Assembly (NCBI RefSeq): GCF_001194135.2
Contig: NC_068984.1
Location: 101,885,625-101,947,289, forward strand
From: Octopus bimaculoides
Lineage: Eukaryota
Reading direction: 5' to 3'
DNA: 61,665 bases
The notes under the pieces are model-generated. The model was not told the origin of the DNA. It searched no databases and saw only the letters and a list, made by a program, of their open reading frames with translations. This document shows positions 58,615-61,665 of the stretch, piece by piece; position 1 is the stretch's first letter, and each line of letters starts with the position of its first letter. The position numbers and the translations under genes were made by a program.

Positions 58615-60413
58615 AATTTTCGTCTCTCTAATATTTATTGTGTTAACACAACAACTCCATACGAGATGTTATCTCAGGAGAAATGCTACAGTGACTGGCT
58701 TATTGACTGTGTGTTTATATTAAGTATGATACACAGAAGGCTATTTTAATCGAATACTACCTCAGTTGCGTATACCGGATTTTTAATGAGCCGGAAGGCT
58801 ATTTGCAGCATTAGTGAACATTTTATCCAGTTTTTTCCATATCAGAGACGACGAGCATGCGACTAGCTGCAAGTACGCGCCATTGAAAAGGTCCAAGAAG
58901 GCTGAAATACGTCTGGTGCTTTCGATGGAAGCTGCTGGGGCGAATTTTGGTATTTCTCCTATATTTATTGTATTTTTAACGCAACAAGTCTATAAGAAAT
59001 GTTACCACAGGACAAATACTGCAGTAACTGGCCCATTATTAGTGTAAATACATTGAATATGATATATTGATGGTTATGTTAATTTGATAATATATGGACT
59101 GATTTCAAGGGGATGTTGGGTGTAACATAAAGAGATTAATTGACAAAGTAGCAATAAAGAAATGTAAGTTGACTTGAAATGGTTTGATCCCAGGACTAAG
59201 AAGAACCAAACTAAAAACAGCAACGCATTTACTTCGACGCTCTGTTGTTTTCCCTTAACTTACCTCCTTTATATATGGCTGCTGAAATGAATAGGAAATG
59301 CATTTATCTCGTCTTACCACCTCTTTGTAGTTACACGTGTGAAATGTCAGAAAATTTGAACCATTTGAACAAATGTTTCAAACCAGTTTTGTTTATATTT
59401 CACGTGTGTCTTTTGTGTAACATTTATAGATTCATCGATATTGTGCAGAATGCAAATAAAGAATAAACTGATCTAAATTTAAAACATTGCCAAAACAGAA
59501 ATGATGTGTTACTGTTTGTTTCAGAAAGATCTTTTCAGCTGAAGTACATTCGACATGAATCCAAATTTTCATACGTGACGATGTTAGGATCTTCGCTGGA
59601 ACATGGGAAAGCATAAAAGCATAACTAATATATGGCACCTGGGTTAGTTCGACATGTGATTAAAAATAGAAGCATACTTGTTTTTCAAGTTGTAATAGCT
59701 ATTTTATAAGCTCTGATTAATATTAGGTCGGAAAGATCCAATATTTTGTCCGAGAAAAAACATAGTACCCAGTGCGTGAAACAAATACAATATTAAGAGT
59801 TTAAGTGTCCCAATCCCTAAAGTATGCCAAATCTTACAAAGTGTCCTAATACATTAGGTACAGGCGTGTCTGTATTGGAAGAGCTTTGCTTCTCAACCAT
59901 ACGGTTCCGGGTTCAGTCCCACTGCGTGACACCTTGAGCGAGTGCCTCGGGCCGACCAAAGCCTTGTGAGTGGTTTTCGTAGACGGAAACTGAAAGAAGC
60001 TTATTCTGCGCGCGCGCGCGCGCGTTTGTCCACTACCTCTGCTTGACAACCGGTATTGGTGTGTTTATGTCCCCAGAGGATTATGTTACCAACAGAATAA
60101 GTACCAGGCTTTAAAAAGAGTACTTTAAAAATTCGTTCGACTAAAATCACTTCGAGGTGGTGCCCCAGCATAGCCGCAGCCTAATGACTGAAACAAGTAA
60201 ACGACAAAAGATAAAAGATCTCTACTCTCTATGTTATTAGAAGTAATATTCAGTTTCTCAGAAATATAAAACGGTCTTTCTGTCAGTTTCAATAAGTAAC
60301 CCTTTGCCTGTTCCGATAGGCTTGTTACTTCAGTATTTTTCCAAAGGTAACATGTCTTTGTTTAAAAGACTTGCTGTGTTAAAAACACAATAAATATTAG
60401 AGAGACGAAAATT
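58615..60413. repeat. 28-bp perfect inverted repeat pair with longer diverged arms
   Basis: aattttcgtctctctaatatttattgtg (58615-58642) versus cacaataaatattagagagacgaaaatt (60386-60413). Confidence 0.75.
59850..60218 (+). mobile_element. SINE family A (diverged)
   Basis: ggttccgggttcagtcccactgcg...gacggaaactgaaagaagc...gactgaaacaagtaaa. Confidence 0.8.
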
Positions 60414-60934
60414 CGTCCTAAATCTATAAAAGATGTTACGTCCTGCTGTTCGTAACATCAGTGAATGTTTTATCCACGTTTTCCTGTATCAGAAAAGGCG
60501 AATTCTCGACCGAACATGTGACTGGCTACGAGTATACACCATTGAAAAGAACCCCAAAAAAGCCGAAAAACATCTGGCACTCTGGTTGGCCGTTACTGGG
60601 ACAAACCTTCATCTCACTCCGATATTTATTGTTTTTAACACAGCAAGTTATCTCGCCTATCGACAGTGTGTATTCATAAAATAGAATACGTAGATGGTTA
60701 TGTTAATTAAACACTGCCTCAGTTGCGTATACGGCATTCATAAAATTAGTATATTTAATGACGAGAACAATAAAAGGAAATATATGTTACGAGAGAAACA
60801 ATAGCTTATATTTTTTACGTTTTTCGTCTAGTAAGGAAGAAAATTCTGACCATCTTCTAACCTAATTATGATATCATAACAGAGACAGACTTATAAACCA
60901 TTACATATTACTAATGCCATTGAGAAAATTCCTA

Positions 60935-61115
60935 TTCCCTCTAGAATTATTAAAGTTTGGCACAAGACCAGAGATTTCGAGAGAGTTAAGTCGATTACAT
61001 CAACCCACGTGACTAACTAGTACTTATTTTATCGACCCCGGAAGAATGAAAGGTAAAATCAACCTCGGCGGAATTGAACTCAGAACGTAACGACAAACGA
61101 AATGCCACTAGGCAT
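60935..61115 (-). mobile_element. SINE family B
   Basis: gtcgattacatc...atcgaccccggaagaatgaaaggtaaaatcaacctcggcggaattgaactcagaacg. Confidence 0.8.
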
Positions 61116-61124
61116 TTTGCCCTG

Positions 61125-61612
61125 TATGATGATGGTGGTGGTCGTGGTGGAGATGGAGGTGATGGTGGTGGTGATTAGATAGGGAAAAGTGTATTTTTTT
61201 AAAAACTGAACTAAGTTTTTTATATCATCTATCACTTAACGCATGCGCATAAATGCAATTCCGTGAAATATTCAAACTTATTTAGGTGGCAGACATATGC
61301 AATTTAACTAAAGGTTGTATCCTATGTACGGGATGGACATATATATATTGTGGGAAAAATAAGAGTGAATATTTGTTTTATGAGTGCTGTGTCTATAAAA
61401 TTGTGCATAAAGTATATAAAATGTATATATAAAGTGCATTAAGTAATCATCGTATTCCAATTTCTTTCACTTTTCAATGAGTAGCAGATGAACGACTGTC
61501 TTTCCATACAGACACAACACAGGCTACGCATTCATGTTTTTGGGATAAAGTTTTCAGAAATAACCTAATGGGTTTGCTATTAATTCCGTGAAATATTCAC
61601 GAGTCACGCTAG
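61125..61612 (+). mobile_element. Non-autonomous Helitron (copy 2)
   Basis: Homologous to 35660-36196; hairpin ccgtgaa-ata-ttcacg (61586-61600) and CTAG at 61609-61612. Confidence 0.7.
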
Positions 61613-61665
61613 ATGTTATTATTATTACTATTATTATTATTAGTCAAAACGAAGAGCGCGATTTT

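Overview
Repeat-saturated, gapped (many N runs) eukaryotic scaffold. The SINE, Penelope and Helitron families and the dense (AT)n/(AC)n/(GATA)n/(CATA)n microsatellites look like an octopus/coleoid cephalopod genome; this is an inference from repeat style. No intact host protein-coding gene is evident, and most listed ORFs are microsatellite or N-gap artefacts. The window contains many tRNA-derived SINEs and two internally deleted RepHel Helitrons plus several other Helitron 3' ends. It also has Tx1/L1, CR1-like and restriction-like-endonuclease (R4/Dong-type) LINE relics, an ORF1-only LINE-like element, Tigger, mariner and Merlin DNA-transposon relics, and Gypsy-like LTRs with a tRNA-Trp-like PBS. 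The most notable signal is a set of minimal type I hammerhead ribozymes. Two lie in opposite orientation (31458-31502 minus, 31806-31850 plus) inside a rearranged ~350-nt Penelope/retrozyme-like unit and show a compensatory base-pair change in the palindromic stem III. A third lies at 53599-53659 (minus). Long foldback inverted repeats occur at 22752-23371 and 47511-48381. Element boundaries are hand-estimated and family names were not checked against databases.
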